Of a DNA stretch of 64,000 nucleotides, positions 61,526 to 64,000 are shown piece by piece (position 1 is the first letter of the stretch; each line of letters starts with the position of its first letter). The notes beneath the pieces were generated by a model. That model saw only the letters and a list, made by a program, of their open reading frames with translations. It did no database searches and had not been told where the DNA came from. The stretch lies in the NCBI RefSeq assembly GCF_009914755.1, contig NC_060946.1, one strand, 5' to 3'. The stretch comes from the human T2T-CHM13v2.0 reference genome, Homo sapiens. The position numbers were made by a program, and so were the translations under genes.

Positions 61526-62800
61526 TCAGCAATCATTTATTGAACACACCAGCATGTGTTCTAGGTGCTGAGGGTGTAGTGTTGACCTACACATGGCCCC
61601 TGACCTATGTTTTTCACAGACTAGTAGTGAATATGCATCCTTCAGGGCCAGCTCCATGTCCCTCTCTGTGAAAACTTCCCTCACCAAGTCATTTTACCCT
61701 GGGCTCATCACATTCTACTCTGGGATCCCACCACACTTTACACAGTGCATATGCGTCCATTAGAACATCTGATACACGATGTTGTCTGTTTGCAGGCAGG
61801 ACTTCTCCTCTTACCCTGGTTCAAGCCAGTACCATTTCACATAGATTTTTGTGATAGCCTCCTTACTGGTCTCTCTGCTTCGGCCATTGCTCCTTTCTGG
61901 CCATTCTCCACACCACAGCCAGAGTGAGCCTCTTAAAATGAAAGTTAGATCATGTTACTCCCCACCCCCATTAAAGCCCTTCAGTGGTTCCCCTTCTTAC
62001 TCAGTGTAAACGCCGAAGTCATTTTATCAGCTACAAGGTGTAGAGGGCCTTGTAGCTGATGGAATGACCCTATGCCTCCACTTCCTCATTGACCTCTGTC
62101 CTTAACACACACACCTGGCTCTCATGATCCCAGCATCACTGGCTAACTTGATCTTTCTTTAATGATCTAAGTAGCCTGTACACCAGGATCTTTGTATTTG
62201 CTGTTTCCTCTTCCTGGCATAGTCTTCCTCAAAGAACCCGGTCTTGCACTTCTTCAGATAACTCAAATGTCGTCTCAGCAAAGTCTTTCCTAGCCACTCA
62301 CTGCAGAACATGGACACCTTCCCTGTGGCCCTGTTATTATGACTCCACCATTGCTTTATTTTCTCCAAAGCACTTATCATCATCTAGTGTAGTATCCAGT
62401 TACTGATGTGTGTATTGTCTATCTCCTCTGCTGGAATTTTTAGGCTTCATGGGGAAGGACTTCATCACTTCAGCACCTTGAATAGTGACTGGCACACAGC
62501 AGGCATTAGGGAACTACTGAATGGCAGATGGAATGAATGAATGAATGAAGTCTCTTTCACAAGCTGTGAATTGGGCCATGTGTGCCTTATGGGTTCTCCA
62601 GCACCTGGGGAAGCCCTTAATCTTAGTATACACCATCCCGTATTGTGACTGTCTTTTTACTTGTCTATCCCTTTGTCATGGGGATTGTGTCTTACTTCTA
62701 TAACTCTGGAGTCCAGTACAATACCTGGCACATAGTAGGCACACAACAGATTTTTGATGAAATAAACATTCTCTGCAAAGAGTGGGACCACATCTTACTC
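61500..62800. mobile_element. L2 relics
   Basis: cattcattcagcaatcatttattga; cacagccagagtgagcctcttaaaatg; tggcacatagtaggcac. Confidence 0.6.
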
Positions 62801-63142
62801 ACTGTTATATCACCCATACTTGGCATACATGAATGATTAACGTATGCTTGTTGAATTAATAGACCAAACAAATTAATGGCATCCCATTTTCTTGATAGAT
62901 GAAGCACAGGTCCCAAAAGCAGCAGTAATTTGGGTTTCTTTTAATGAAAATCAAGTGAGTAATATATTCACAGGCCTTCTTTCTAGTTTGGAAGTTACAA
63001 TCTGGGTGAGCTATCACTGCTGCACTTACACATGCAAAAGACTCACAGGTGGCAGGTACCACTGCGCTAACACACAAACATGAAACAAATCAAGGAAGGC
63101 CCAGGAAGGCGACCTTGTGGATGTGGTCAGAGAGGAAGAAGT

Positions 63143-63815
<673 letters not shown>

Positions 63816-64000
63816 TCAGGCCAGGTGGTCAGGTAAGGATTCAGAGATGAGTAGGATTCAGAAGCAGCCTGGGTGAAGGAAAAGAGGTCACTGTAAGAGG
63901 TGGAGCCCTTGGCCGAAGTAGGTGAGAGGTTTGATTAAGGGGGGTGAGTAGGCTTTAAGGTGAGGCCATGGAGGTGGGAATGGGGCAATGTATATAAAGG

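Overview
Primate, apparently human, genomic DNA from the RTCB-BPIFC locus (recognised as human 22q12.3). Both genes are on the minus strand, in tandem. Positions 1-16.2 kb hold the CpG-island promoter and coding exons 1-8 of RTCB, the catalytic subunit of the tRNA-splicing/XBP1 RNA ligase complex; exon 8 runs off the left edge. Positions 17.8-61.3 kb hold all 15 coding exons of BPIFC (BPI/LBP fold, 507 aa). These join into an uninterrupted 1524-nt ORF with GT-AG introns; its 5' UTR exons probably lie beyond the right edge. The rest is intron with about 49 Alus, an LTR3 solo LTR, L1/L2/MIR relics, hAT and Tigger DNA transposons, and simple repeats. I see no convincing new multi-gene system. The best leads are: (1) an in-frame BPIFC-to-RTCB read-through splice; (2) a ~52-nt LTR-like fragment apparently retroposed on its own, with a tail and TSD; (3) a templated insertion inside an Alu copied from 0.9 kb away; (4) a shared 57-bp Alu tract suggesting gene conversion; (5) a fold-back hairpin in an L2 relic; (6) an open in-frame 5' leader of RTCB. 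Repeat subfamily names and reference-protein comparisons are from recall, not from a search, and repeat boundaries are approximate.
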